A stretch of DNA of 64,000 nucleotides from positions 31,558,001-31,622,000 of the forward strand of contig NC_083292.1 of NCBI RefSeq assembly GCF_963506605.1, given 5' to 3'. Shown here one piece after another: positions 49,027-61,401 of the stretch (positions are counted from its first letter, which is position 1; every line of letters begins with the position of its first letter). The stretch comes from Zootoca vivipara. Taxonomy: Eukaryota. The notes under the pieces were generated by a model, which was not told the DNA's origin, ran no database searches, and saw only the letters and a program-made list of their open reading frames with translations. Position numbers and translations under genes: made by a program.

Positions 49027-50614
49027 TTATTATTTACTAGCATGTTGAAATTGGGTCTGGGAATTAACAGGTAGCTAGTGTAACTAAAGAGGCTACACAT
49101 TCCTTACCAGGACTGACCCTCCAACCTGTCTATCTAAGGTTGATATGTCAGTGTAGATGATAACTGAGTTAGATGGACTGAGCTAAAAGGCAGTTTCACA
49201 TGTTCCTATATACTGTATTATTTTCAGCACCTGCGGAAGGCATTCATCCTTGAAGAAGCTTTCCCAGTCTGCACCTATACAGGTACTGGCTCCCCCCCCC
49301 CAGCCAGTATTTCTTAATTGTTTTATTACTTTTTGGTTGCCACCCTGGGCTCCTTTGGGAGGAAGGCCTGGATATAAACTTAATAAAATGAAATAAATTG
49401 GCTCTGCCTTCAGAACTATGAGGAACCATAGAATCTTACTTTATTTGGGAGAGGGGAGCCATGGCTCAGTGGTTCCATGTTTTGCATGCAGAAGGTCCCT
49501 GATTCAACACAGGTAGGTAGGGCTGGGAAGAAGAGATTCCTCCCTGAAACCATGAAGAGCTGCTGCCAGTCAGTGCAGGCAATACTAAGCTAGATGGACC
49601 GACAGCCAGACTCAGCCTAAGGCAGCTTCCTATGTTCCTATAGGAACTCCTCGAAAGCAAGGAAGCAGGTGCTGTTGGGAATCTGCCAAGAGGAACTCTC
49701 TACCCCTCCCCTTCAGTTTCTCACCTTTTCCTGGAAATCAATCCTGTGGGATCTTGGGTGGATCCTCTTCCAATTCCCAGGGCTCACCTTCCAGCAGCGG
49801 AAATATCCTATTCCTTGTCTGGTGGTATTGGTGTGGGGCAGAGAGGGTGTTTGCTTCCCCAGGCTCTGGACAGAATAACAGAGCAATTGGGGGGGGGAAG
49901 GAGGGGCTTCCATATCCAGGGGGTGAGGTCACCCCAGGACACTGGCCATCCATCTCTATTCCCTGGATATTAATCGCCCTCTGAGATCATGGAAACTCAA
50001 AGCACAGCTAATGAGCTCAAGGCAGAGATTGTCACAGGGCTAGTGCGAAGGGTGGGGAATGCCTTACTTAAAGCGGACAGCTGTCCTTTGTGTGTGCCTC
50101 ATTGCACATATCAAGGTGTAAGTGGGTTGCCAACTGATAGGACAAACCCAGCTAGGCCTGCACCTCTGCTTTTAATAGCGGCTTGACCCTCAAGTTAGAC
50201 TTTTGGGTTTTTAAAAATAATAATACAATACATTTTTTGTATCTAACCTTTCTGATGCATGTCCATCGATAATGGCAACCTCACAATAAAGTCCCAGCAT
50301 CAGTAAACTACTGTGGAAGAAAGTACGTGAGTTGAAAAACGATACTCAAATCAGAATGTTGTCCACCCAGCGAGGCAAGAACAAACTCTGACACCCGCAA
50401 GCCAACATCTCGTGGTAACAGCACAGGAGCAGGGGCTGGTAAACAACGTGGCACCTGAAGGATTGCCCCTCAAGGGGCAATCAACATTAACAGCATTATC
50501 CAGCTTCGGTTCATCCAGGCAGCAAGCTCCCATCTCCTATCCTGTGATCCATTTTTACAAAGCATCCTCTGAGATCATATGGCCTCATCCACTCATAAAA
50601 TTAATGTGGCTATT

Positions 50615-51844
50615 GGTTCCGGTTTCCGCCTGCAGGAATGGCGGACCTGTTTTCCATCCCTCTGACCTTCGTAAGGAATTTGGCGGTTGCTAGGGGAGTA
50701 AATGGCAACCCCCTACCCTCTCCGGGGGTTACGGAGAGGGGCCGCTGGCCCGCGATGCCCCCAGACCCACTCCGACTATTTATGGAGTGGGGGGAGCTTG
50801 GGCTGAAGCACTTACGAGGGCCAGGACTCCCGGACGCTAATCTGCATGGCGGGGATTTCCATGATTAAAGAAGATAATTAGGCTTAAATCTATGGACATA
50901 CTTCAGAAGGAGGGGCAGAAGCGCTGTTTACTGCCGAGAAATCTATGCTGCTGAGGGTGAGGAGTTAAAGGCTATATTTCATCTGGAAGAAGGATTGATG
51001 GGGACGGAGCGATAAGGGAAGCGAGTCTTTCTTTTTTATTTTTTTTCATATGAGTTACTTCGTACCTTCCCAGACGTGATGTCCTGGCTTGTTTGGAGTG
51101 AAAGAGAAGCAAAAGACTGTGTGAGTTGAACTTTATAAACTGTTGTTATTGAGTATATTTTTTGAAGATGAGGAGTTGCTGACGAGAAAAGCCCCCCTCT
51201 AGTTGGATGGGAGGAGTGCCTGGACGCGTTCGGAGGATTTATGAGTTGTGACGCACTTTGAATTGGAGCAGCGACCTGAAGCTAAGTTCAGCTATAGGGC
51301 AAGGAGATCCATTAATTTACCAAGAGTCTATGCATGGTGTGAGGTCTGGTTCTTCTGCCTGGAAAAGCTGTAAATTTTATAAAGATCGTTAATCTATGAG
51401 AGAAAACGAAAGTGATTTGAGTTTTTTTAAGATGGCGCTGCTTCGTGTTGAGAGTCGACGCAATAGGGACGCTCCAGACCAAGAAGATTTATGGGGAGGC
51501 TGGACTGATTAACTCACACAGGAGAAAGAACATTTGTGAAACTTTGTTTGACATTTATCTCAGCAGCTGGGAAATAATCGGTTGAAAGAGGAAAACATCT
51601 ATGTGACTGTAAGGGAAAGATCTGGATTATTATGAACTCGGAGAGACGATTTGAACTTTAGAAAAAAGACGGCAGTGGACGGTTGCGAGGAATCCCCAAT
51701 TTCTTGAAGCATGGGAACCCAAAAAAAATTTCTAGATGATTTGGCATAACATTCGGTTTGATTGATATATATGTGTATAATTTGAAATAATGAATGTGAT
51801 ATAATTGGTTTTAATTGGAAAATTAATAAAAATATATTTTAAAA
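50615..51844 (+). mobile_element. Non-autonomous L1-type retroposon (~1.2 kb)
   Basis: 18-bp TSD AAAATTAATGTGGCTATT, CpG-rich 5' end, AATAAA plus A-rich tail, no long ORF. Confidence 0.75.
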
Positions 51845-52278
51845 AAAATTAATGTGGCTATTAAGTTACTTGTGTCTGGTTTCCCAGCATCCTCAGTCAT
51901 GTCCCCCGCCCTCCAACTAATGTGGATTTCCCAGATCTGATGATAATCCAATTAAGGGGAGAAGGGAACCCATCCTTGGCTGTGTGCACAGCACATTGTC
52001 ATAAACTCTGGATCCAATTTACTGTACTCCCAACACAGGCATTTGAAGCCTCACACTCATCTGTATCCCGTAGTCTATCTAGAAATTCTGCTGTTCGATG
52101 CATTCCCCCACAAACCACCTGCCACCTGATTTGAAAATGCAAGTTGAGATGTGTACTGCTCAGGCATATGGTAGCACACATGTGCAGAAGACATATTCCT
52201 TGAATAGGAATTCTGTGGCAGGTGGGGTTTGCCAGTTCGGGGAAACAAATCAGGTAAGACAGTACAGTATGGGGTGAA

Positions 52279-53796
52279 ATTAAAAAAATTCCTTCAGTAG
52301 CACCTTAAAGACCAACTAAGTTTTTATTTTGGTATGAGCTTTCGTGTGCATGCACACTTCTTCAGATACAGTGAAATGGAAGTTTCCAGGCACTTATGTA
52401 GAGAAGGGGTGGGGAGGGGTGGGGATGGGGAGGGGGGATCACTCAGAAGGGTGGTGGAAATGGGTGATTGACTGACTGATAGCTGTTGATGACCGCAAAC
52501 GACTGCAAATGGTTTTGCATGAAAAAGCAAGGGTTGAGATGGCTGAAGATCGCTTATCATGTATAATGAGATAAGAACCCGATATCTCTGTTCAAACCAG
52601 GTCCCTCCATGGTTTTGAGCTTGGTGATAAGTTGCAATTCAGCAACTTCTCTTTCCAGTCTATTTCTGAAATTCTTTTGTAGTAAGACAGCTACTTTGAG
52701 ATCTTGTATAGAATGTCCTGGGAGATTGAAGTGTTCTCCTACTGGTTTTTCTGTCTTCTGGTTCCTGATGTCAGATTTATGTCCATTTATCCTTTGGCGT
52801 AGGGTTTGGCCTGTTTGTCCAATATAGAGAGCTGAAGGGCACTGTTGGCATTTGATGGCATACACAATGTTAGAGGATGAGCAATTAAATAGTCCTGAGA
52901 TGGTATGTTGGATGTTGTTGGGGCCAGTAATGGTGTTGTCTGGGTGTATGTGGCAGCAAAGTTGGCATCTGGGTTTATTGCAGGCTCTGGTACCAGTGTC
53001 CATGTTAAGTTAACCACCAGACTTAACATGGACACTGGTACCAGAGCCTGCAATAAACCCAGATGCCAACTTTGCTGCCACATACACCCAGACAACACCA
53101 TTACTGGCCCCAACAACATCCAACATACCATCTCAGGACTATTTAATTGCTCATCCTCTAACATTGTGTATGCCATCAAATGCCAACAGTGCCCTTCAGC
53201 TCTCTATATTGGACAAACAGGCCAAACCCTACGCCAAAGGATAAATGGACATAAATCTGACATCAGGAACCAGAAGACAGAAAAACCAGTAGGAGAACAC
53301 TTCAATCTCCCAGGACATTCTATACAAGATCTCAAAGTAGCTGTCTTACTACAAAAGAATTTCAGAAATAGACTGGAAAGAGAAGTTGCTGAATTGCAAC
53401 TTATCACCAAGCTCAAAACCATGGAGGGACCTGGTTTGAACAGAGATATCGGGTTCTTATCTCATTATACATGATAAGCGATCTTCAGCCATCTCAACCC
53501 TTGCTTTTTCATGCAAAACCATTTGCAGTCGTTTGCGGTCATCAACAGCTATCAGTCAGTCAATCACCCATTTCCACCACCCTTCTGAGTGATCCCCCCT
53601 CCCCATCCCCACCCCTCCCCACCCCTTCTCTACATAAGTGCCTGGAAACTTCCATTTCACTGTATCTGAAGAAGTGTGCATGCACACGAAAGCTCATACC
53701 AAAATAAAAACTTAGTTGGTCTTTAAGGTGCTACTGAAGGAATTTTTTTAATTTTACTTCGATCCAGACCAACACGGCTACCTACCTGTAACCAGA
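52279..53796. mobile_element. Penelope-like retroelement, 5'-truncated, head-to-head palindrome with GIY-YIG endonuclease C-terminus and pLTRs
   Basis: Identical ORFs 52557..53003(-) and 53028..53474(+) with NIVYAIKC..C..LYIGQTG..LRQRINGH; 734-bp arms; 13-bp direct repeat AGTATGGGGTGAA flanks. Confidence 0.93.
53662..53699 (+). ncRNA. Minimal hammerhead ribozyme in Penelope pLTR (mirror copy 52332-52369 on -)
   Basis: GTAT-CTGAAGA-A-GTGTGCATGCACAC-GAAA-GCTC-ATAC: core CUGANGA/GAAA, stems I and II, palindromic AGCT stem III. Confidence 0.8.
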
Positions 53797-54060
53797 AGTA
53801 TGGGGTGAAGACACTGTCCCCCTCTCTGGGTGTGTACAGTACAGGAATGCATAAATTTGACTTGAAACAGATGGGCCCTTTCAATGTGTATATAGCCACA
53901 AAATCACATTACCCGACTGTGGACAGTGGGCACACTGAAGTACATTGTGATATCATACTGTTGTTTTTTAATGCACAAGGTGACATTTCATCGGACAAGC
54001 CAATAGTGAGGTGTAGGTTGCCACCTTTTTTTCAGTTGCTTAGTTGCTTCTTAGTTGCTT

Positions 54061-54398
54061 CCCATGGACTGCAAGAAGATCAAACCTATCGATTCTGAAG
54101 GAAATCAGCCCTGAGTGCTCACTGGAAGGACAGATCCTGAAGCTGAGGCTCCAATACTTTGGCCACCTCATGAGAAGAGAAGACTCCCTGGAAAAGACCC
54201 TGATGTTGGGAAAGATGGAGGGCACAAGGAGAAGGGGACGACAGAGGACAAGATGGTTGGACAGTGTTCTTGAAGCTACGAACATGAGTTTGACCAAACT
54301 GCGGGAGGCAGTGGAAGACAGGAATGCCTGGCGTGCTATGGTCCATGGGGTCACGAAGAGTCGGACACGACTAAATGACTAAACAACAACAACAACAA
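54061..54398 (+). mobile_element. RTE-BovB 3' end
   Basis: ORF 54044..54382 and (CAA)n tail. Confidence 0.9.
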
Positions 54399-54965
54399 AG
54401 TTGCTTCTTTATTTTTAACCGGCCCCACCCCTGGCCTTTTATAAGCAACTTGTCTCCCAGAAATTGAAGTGGTGAAGAAGATAAACGTTCTCTCCATGCC
54501 ATAGCGTTCCAGGCTAAAATCACCTTATAACAGTGGTTCTCAAACTTTTTTTCTCAGGGCCAAACATTCTGAATAAAAATGTGCTCGTGCCACACCATTT
54601 TTTAAATCAATAATAAATACGTTGGAAAACACAACTACGATTGTATTCAGTATCACTTGAAGTCCTTGCTCTCATTTTGAAAAGATATCTATCCACATTC
54701 TGCAAATAAAAATAATTTTTTTGATACTATACTACGCTGAAATGTTTAAAGGTTTCTTTGATTGTCCTTGAATCTTCCCACAACACTTGCCACCCTCTCC
54801 TGCCACACCAATGTTGCATGCCACATCCTTGGAGTACCACTGCCTTACTAGATTGCCAAGGGGATCCTTTTACCTCTCCCCATTTTTTGCTTAAGGTTGC
54901 TTAATGCAAAAAAACAGCCCTTTTCCACTTGCAGACCCCTTTGCCTGCAACTACCTCCTGGAACA

Positions 54966-55310
54966 GGGACGCAGGTGGCGCTGTGGGTTAAACCACTGAG
55001 CCTAGGGCTTGCCAATCAGAAGGTCAGCAGTTTGAATCCCCACAACGGAGTGAGCTCCTGTTGCTCGGTCCCAGCTCCTGCCAACCTAGCAGTTCGAAAG
55101 CACGTCAAAGTAGATAAATAGGTACCGCTACAGCGGGAAGGTAAACGACGTTTCCATGTGCTGCTCTGGTTCGCCAGAAGTGGCTTTGTCATGCTGGCCA
55201 CATGACCTGGAAGCTGTACGCCGGCTCCCTTGGCCAATAACGCGAGATGAGCGCCGGAACCCCAGAGTCGGTCATGACTGGACCTAATGGTCAGGGGTCC
55301 CTTTACCTTT
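54966..55310 (+). mobile_element. Sauria SINE
   Basis: Same head, body and tail. Confidence 0.85.
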
Positions 55311-56403
55311 AAAGTAATGAAGATGAGGTTCAGAGCATGGGAAGTCACCCAAAGATATATAATTTGGCATAAAATTTGGTCTTCTTGGTTGTATTATATT
55401 TTGGAATGCATTTAATGTGGTTTTTATTGGATTGTTAAATTGGAAAACTCAATAAATATATAAAATAATGAATATGAGGATAATCTTATTCTGCTCTTTG
55501 GTCATTATGAGACATTAAGATCATTTGCGGGAGGAAGCTGAGAGCTCTTTCTGCTATATCCGATATACGGTTTCCAACGTACCATAAAATCATCCCTTTG
55601 TTTGGCATCCTTTTTACCAGTGATGTGAGGTGGGATCCCCCCCCCGTGCTTTATTTTTCCAGGGGAAAATAAACCCGTCACATAAGGTAATTAGTAGCAA
55701 TCAATAGATGCCAATTGTCAATAAATATCAGGCAGGCTTGGCAGTTTCAGAGCGTTTAGCTCAGTTTGCTAAATAGGATTGCATGGAGCATGCGGTAAAT
55801 TGAGCGCTCTTCACCCGTCTGGTGTCCTCCAGATATTTTGGACTACAATTCCCATCAGCCTCGCTTTTCCTCCAGAGTAACACAAAGAAAAGAAAATAAA
55901 GAAGAGGAAGCTGCCTGCTATTTCCATCGGACCATCTACCGGCCCTTCTAGCTCAGTACTGCCTACACTGACTGGCAGCGGCTCTCCAGGGTTTCAAGCA
56001 AGGAGCTTCTTCCTGAGATGCCATTGGGGACTGAACCTTGTGCATTGCAACGGAGATGTTCTGCTACCAAGCTACGGCCCTTTCCTATTGATGCCGGCAT
56101 TTTCAGGGCAATTTTAAAATCCAAATCCGAAAGAATTACTTTTTTAAAAAACAAAAGAAGACCTAAGTTCGAAAGAGGAAGACTCTCTCCCCTCTTTGGC
56201 GCTCCTTTAACATCTCCAAAACTCTCTCCTTTTCTTATCTCTAGGTTGCGGCCGGGACACTCTAGCCCAGACACACCTCTGCTCTCTGGGTGGTGCGCCA
56301 CGTTTTTTCTTCCCCTCGCCCTTCCAGGGAGGCTGGTCCTTACCGCTTGTTTTTTTTGGGGGGGGGAGCGTGTTTTTGGAGCGGTGGGGTGTCGTTTGCT
56401 TCC

Positions 56404-56523
56404 ATGGAGACTGCCTACCGCGTAGCAAAGGGGATCTTGTTCGTGGCGGGGTCCACGGGCGCGGGGCTTGTGCTTTGGACCGTGATCGCGCCGGACGATG
56501 CGCGCAGAAAGGAGATGGCGAAG
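56404..56523 (+). CDS. UQCC3: UQCC3 exon 1 (METAYRVAKGILFVAGSTGAGLVLWTVIAPDDARRKEMAK)
   Basis: Single TM segment followed by P...RK.EM.K; AAG|gtgggc donor; synteny. Confidence 0.88.
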
Positions 56524-56830
56524 GTGGGCGAAAGCTCCCGTCTCTGGGGTTTGCGGTGGAGGTCAGAGGAAGCGACGGTGCCGCTCCGAGCACATGCGGG
56601 GAGCCCGGGCTCAGCCCGTGGCGTTTCTGGCTAAAGGTAGCAGCTGACGAGAAAGAGACCCCAGAGATCCCGAGAGAGCTGCTGCCAGTCAGAGTATACT
56701 GGCCCCAATGGGCACATGTAGTCCTCCCGTGTCTCTCTCTATAGCCGTAGCTGCAACTCTCCAGCGGTTTGACGTCACCCTTGAAGGCACCTCTCTTGGA
56801 TCTCCTAAACATCTTTATTTCTTTCTCCAG

Positions 56831-56962
56831 GAGTTCGCGGATGCTACCCCACAGGTGTTGACTGAGCGGCAAAAGCAGAACGCCATGGTAATGGAGATCC
56901 TGAAAGAGGCAGCGAAGACCGATGAGAATGTGGCTCACAAGCCATGGCCCTGGAAAAAATAG
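56831..56962 (+). CDS. UQCC3: UQCC3 exon 2 (EFADATP...LKEAAKTDENVAHKPWPWKK*)
   Basis: L.EAA.T.ENVA motif of UQCC3; tttctccag acceptor. Confidence 0.9.
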   Translation, partial: EFADATPQVLTERQKQNAMVMEILKEAAKTDENVAHKPWPWKK

Positions 56963-57544
56963 CGGTGAACAGAAAGAGTCTGTGCTGGCTGGACTCTATT
57001 CTAAATTGAGAACTTTGCAGAAGCTGCTCCATGCTGGATCTAGGAGGACTTTACTGTCTCTTCAATGGAGAGGTTCTTCTGTTTTTTCTTCCTTCTTGCT
57101 GTAAGGCTTGCTTTGGTGTAAACATTGAGCGATAAAATTTCCTTTGTAAATCACAGTGACACCTGTGCTTATTTAAAGGTTTGTTGTAAACTAGCAAAAT
57201 AATAATAATTTGTAGTTACGATAGAAATATGTGTTTGTAGAGACAGAGAGGGCTTATATTTTGCCAAGTTGTCTGTGCAATGGCAACATGCACTTTACAG
57301 CCAGAGCAGGATACCTCAGTCCCAGGGGATGAATGCAGACCTTCAGGCCTCCCTATCTGATTCTCAGAACTTTCTTCAAGTTGCACCTCTCAACCTGCTT
57401 TGTGTCCCAGAAGTGTTTGCCTGGCTTGAATGCAGCCTTGGACTCTGATCCTGCGTCTTGTTTGCCTGGGCGGAGGGTACAGAGGTAATTGTGTAGAAAC
57501 TAGACCACTGTACCAAGGTAACATTAATTGTAGTGCCTACTTTT

Positions 57545-57951
57545 TGTGGGATATAAAGCTATCAGTCAAATCCAACATTCCAAGAGGACTAACTGCCTCT
57601 ATGTGGCAGGCAGTTTTGTCAGTTGGACGGTTGGTCGGTTGCTGCTAGGAGTGTTAACAGGTAACTGCTCGGATGCAGACTTCTCATGACTCACTACTAT
57701 CTAGTATATAGTTTATCTGTTATTTAACCTAAGCCTGCCTTCAAGAACAACTCTGTAAACCTGAAAGAATCTAATAGTAAAGTAGTTTATATTAATATGA
57801 ATCAGATTCATTTGTGTTTTCTTTAAGAGGGGCAGAAAGGGATTATCAACCAGGAAGGTATAATTATTGATAGGACTCAAACAAGTTAGCAACCCATAAA
57901 CTCAAACAGGGTGTTGTTTAAACTCGGCTAAATTATATAAACGTTTCCACA
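57545..57951. mobile_element. Solo LTR
   Basis: TGTGG...CCACA termini, 5-bp TSD CTTTT. Confidence 0.7.
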
Positions 57952-59197
57952 CTTTTGCCTTTGGCTTTGCCTACCACTGGCATGTGGTCCTCAGAAGGTT
58001 GCCCAGAAAGGAACATGGTCCTCTTGTGCTGAAAAAAGCTTCCTTACCCCTGTCTTCCATGACCTATCATCACTTGAGGTTCAGGCCACCCATTGCCAGG
58101 CATGGAATGATAGGCTGGGCCCTCACAGCAGTGACATTGCCATGAACAGTACTTAGGGAACCTGTGCACTGCTGAAAGTTGTTGGACTCCCATAATCCAT
58201 GGTTCTTTCAATATGCTGGTCAAGGTTGATGGAAGTTTGAATTTGTCATCACATGGAGAAACAGGTTCCACATCCCTGACTTAAATGTTTCCCCATTAGA
58301 CTGAATGACAGCTATTCATTGGCATGGGTGGGAAAAAATGAGAAACCTTATGAAGACCATTTGAATGCAGTCTGTGGTGGCTGCGCCCCTTGGAACCGCT
58401 GGGGCAGAAGGCAGGGAGCCCAACAGGAGCTGGAACCATCTAATGCAAGTGCTGTGCCCATCTTCCTCCTGGCTGAGTTTTACAAGAAGCAACACTGACA
58501 CAAAGGAGTAGGAATCTGACAGGTAGAGCTGCCTCCGGGACTGGTTGTATATCAGAAGGCAGGCAAGTGGCGGCTAGCTGTGGGATGACGCACTGACAGG
58601 GCAGTGCCCCTGTATGGTTTCGCATTGGATGGGGGACCTCTTGCTGAGATTCCTGCATTGCAAGAGGGTTGGACTAGATGACCCTTGGAGTTTTCCCACT
58701 CTATGATTTGCCCTAGTAGGCCAGCCTAAGCATGGTCCAAACCTGCTCTCTGTGAAGCCCACCCATCGGAATCAAACCTGCTCCTATTGCCACAGCCTAC
58801 ATAAGCCCCTTTCCCTAGCAAAAGCCTTATTCTCAGTTCTATTCTTCCACTGAAGAATATTGGAAAGCTGGCTTTTATACAGATGGAGAAGTGGACAAAT
58901 AACTGGACAAAATCTGCTTGATTTCCCTAACTAATATCTCCTGGAGGGAGGAAATTCCCCCTTCCTCTCCTCTTGAGATTTGCCTCCATTTGCAAACGCT
59001 GACGGGAGCCAGCGTCACAATCCAAATCGATGGCGGAACCAATCGATCGGGGAATTTTGGCCTTTTCGGACACCCATTGCAGTGCACGCCGCCCTTTCTG
59101 CTTCCACCGAGACGAGGGACAGGAAGCAGAGCGGCTTCTGGGCCGCTTCCGTGTCCTGGGCGCCGCCATCTTCCTTCCCCCTCAGGAAAGCCGAGGC

Positions 59198-59396
59198 ATG
59201 TCTTCGAGGGCCGAGGACGCCGCTTCCTCACCGGAGCAGAAACGCTCCTTTTTCTGGTCCTGCTTCAGCTGCCGCGCCCTGAGCGGGGGAGCCCTGATCG
59301 CCTCCTCCTTGTTCGTCTATTCGGGGCCTCTCCGGATTATGAACCAGAGGATCTACCCCAGCATGGGCAACATCGCCCAGATGACCTTCGCCGTCT
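59198..59396 (+). CDS. DMAC1: DMAC1/TMEM261 homolog exon 1 (..CFSCRALSGGALIASSLFVY..IAQMTFAV)
   Basis: C-x-SCR-x-LSG motif as in human CWSCRVLSG; CpG promoter with CCAAT and YY1-like GCCGCCATCTT; gtaagt donor. Confidence 0.82.
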
Positions 59397-60539
59397 GTAA
59401 GTGAGGGGGCGCAGAGAGGTGCGGGAGCTCAATTCCGGGGTGGGGGTGGGGAGCCGGTGCGGGCCGGATTTAGGTTTGATGTGGCCCTAAGCTACTGAAG
59501 GTAATGGGGTCCTTTGACAACAACAAATTGTCGCTGTTTTTTGTGTTGAATATATGCTCATACCCTTAGTCTATGCTGCCTGATCATCAGTCTACAAGCA
59601 CTCTTTAATATTAGATAACAGGTACAACAGCTTGACCGATATTCAACCGTGCTGCACTGCAGTCTGCAGCTGCATGCTACATGTTGCCCTGCAACCAGTC
59701 CATGCAGAATGTAGGCACCCTTTATATAGAAATGAGCAAACCAGTGATATTTTAGGGAGCAGGCCAGCAGGTGGGGCCCATGACTTACATCATAGGAGCC
59801 TACACAACACAAAACACAGTTGCTGTATGTAGGTTTTATTTTATTTGTCTTTTATCTCATATTTTGGAAATGTACATTCAGCTTTTTTTTCTTTTAATTT
59901 TTTTGGGTTGCCTCCAAGAGAGTGGGGCCCTAAGCTATAGCTTGTTTAGCTTATACATAAATCTGGCCCTGGGCTCAGCGCCAGGACCGACTGCGAGATC
60001 GACATTTGGGTGAAGTTGCCTCTGAGCATATGCAGAGTGTGTTTGCCCTCACCGTAGTGAAGGTAACTGCGCCTGCCCTTCTGAGCTGGTGGGTGTGGAT
60101 TTCAGACCTTACCCTGCCAGTCCCAGGAGACATCAACTGTCTCTGCCTCTTGGAAAAGTTAAGGTTCTAGTCCTCATGGTTGTGAACTGAAGGCGCTGTT
60201 TTCAAACAGGAGCATAGGAAGCTTTGTAGCACGTCGGGACAATATTGCCTACTGCAACGTAGCCCCAGCTCTCCAGAGTCCCTCCTCCTGGCCATTTCTG
60301 GGGATGCCCTTGGGGGATTCAGCCCCTGGGACCTTCTGCGAGCAAAGCCACCAAGTAGCGGCTGTTCCCTGTCTAGGCCAGCGACTTCTTTACGGCCAAG
60401 TGTTTTATGAGCTCTTCCTCAGGGCAGCAGGGCAGTCATCCCCCTCCCACCCTGTTTGTTTCCAGCACCTGGCCCTCAGCGGGTAGACCGCTGTTGACCA
60501 TAGAGGCTCTGTTGTCATGGTGAATAACCATTGCCATTA

Positions 60540-60770
60540 CAGTGGTACATCTGGTTAAGAACTTAATTTGTTCCGGAGGTCCGTTCTTAACCTGAAACTG
60601 TTCTTAACCTGAGAGACCACTTTAACTAATGGGGCTTCCCGCTGCCGCCGTGCGATTTCTGTTCTCATCCTGAAGCAAAGTTCTTAACCTGAGGTACTAT
60701 TTCTGGGTTAGCGGAGTTTGTAACCTGAAGCGTTAGTAACCTGAAGCGTTTGTAACCTGAGGTACCACTG
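60540..60770. mobile_element. Tc1/mariner (Tigger-like) MITE
   Basis: TA TSD, CAGTGGTAC/GTACCACTG termini. Confidence 0.8.
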
Positions 60771-61336
60771 TACTTTTATCTTCCCCTGATATGATTACTG
60801 AGGCCCATTTCTTGTTCAGAGGTTGATCTATTTCTAGAGCAGGCATAGGCAACCTTGGCTCTCCAGATGTTTCGGAACTACAACTCCCATGATCCCTAGC
60901 TCTAACAGGGCCAGTGGTCAGGGATTGTGGGAGTTGTAGTTCCAAAACATCTGGAGCCAAGGTTGCCTGTGCCTCTTCTAGTGTGACCCCCAAAACTGTA
61001 CTTGGGAAAGTTGGTCCAGTGGGAGTGCTAATGTTCCTCCTATAGTCCAAAATCATTCAGTTTATATGGGGCAAGAAATCTGCCCTAAAATCATATAGAC
61101 TAGCAATCATTTCTCTTCATTTGCCTTGCGGGGTATTGGAGATGTCTGTTTCGAAGTTAGCTCTGCCACTGGCCCCTTTTGTTTCTTCCTGCTGTTTGTG
61201 GCATACATCCTTGGATGACTAAGATCAAGGGTGGGAAACCTCAGGACCAGGGGGGCCAAATGGGCCCCTCTATCTGGCCCTTGGAACTCTTCCTCGCACC
61301 ACACCCCTCACATGCTTTTCTTTTTCTCCCTTCCAG

Positions 61337-61401
61337 GTCTCTTCTGTTGGGGCGTTACTGTGTTGGTAAACCCAGTTGGAAGCTTAAAGAAAGATGAGTG
61401 A
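61337..61401 (+). CDS. DMAC1: DMAC1 homolog exon 2 (CLFCWGVTVLVNPVGSLKKDE*)
   Basis: WG....(D/N)P.G like human ATWGIVVMADPKG; strong acceptor; AATAAA 61470-61475. Confidence 0.82.

Noticed and set aside
52905-53027. N-terminal extension of the 189-aa Penelope ORF
   Set aside because: Antisense of the opposite palindrome arm; no reverse transcriptase present, element is non-autonomous
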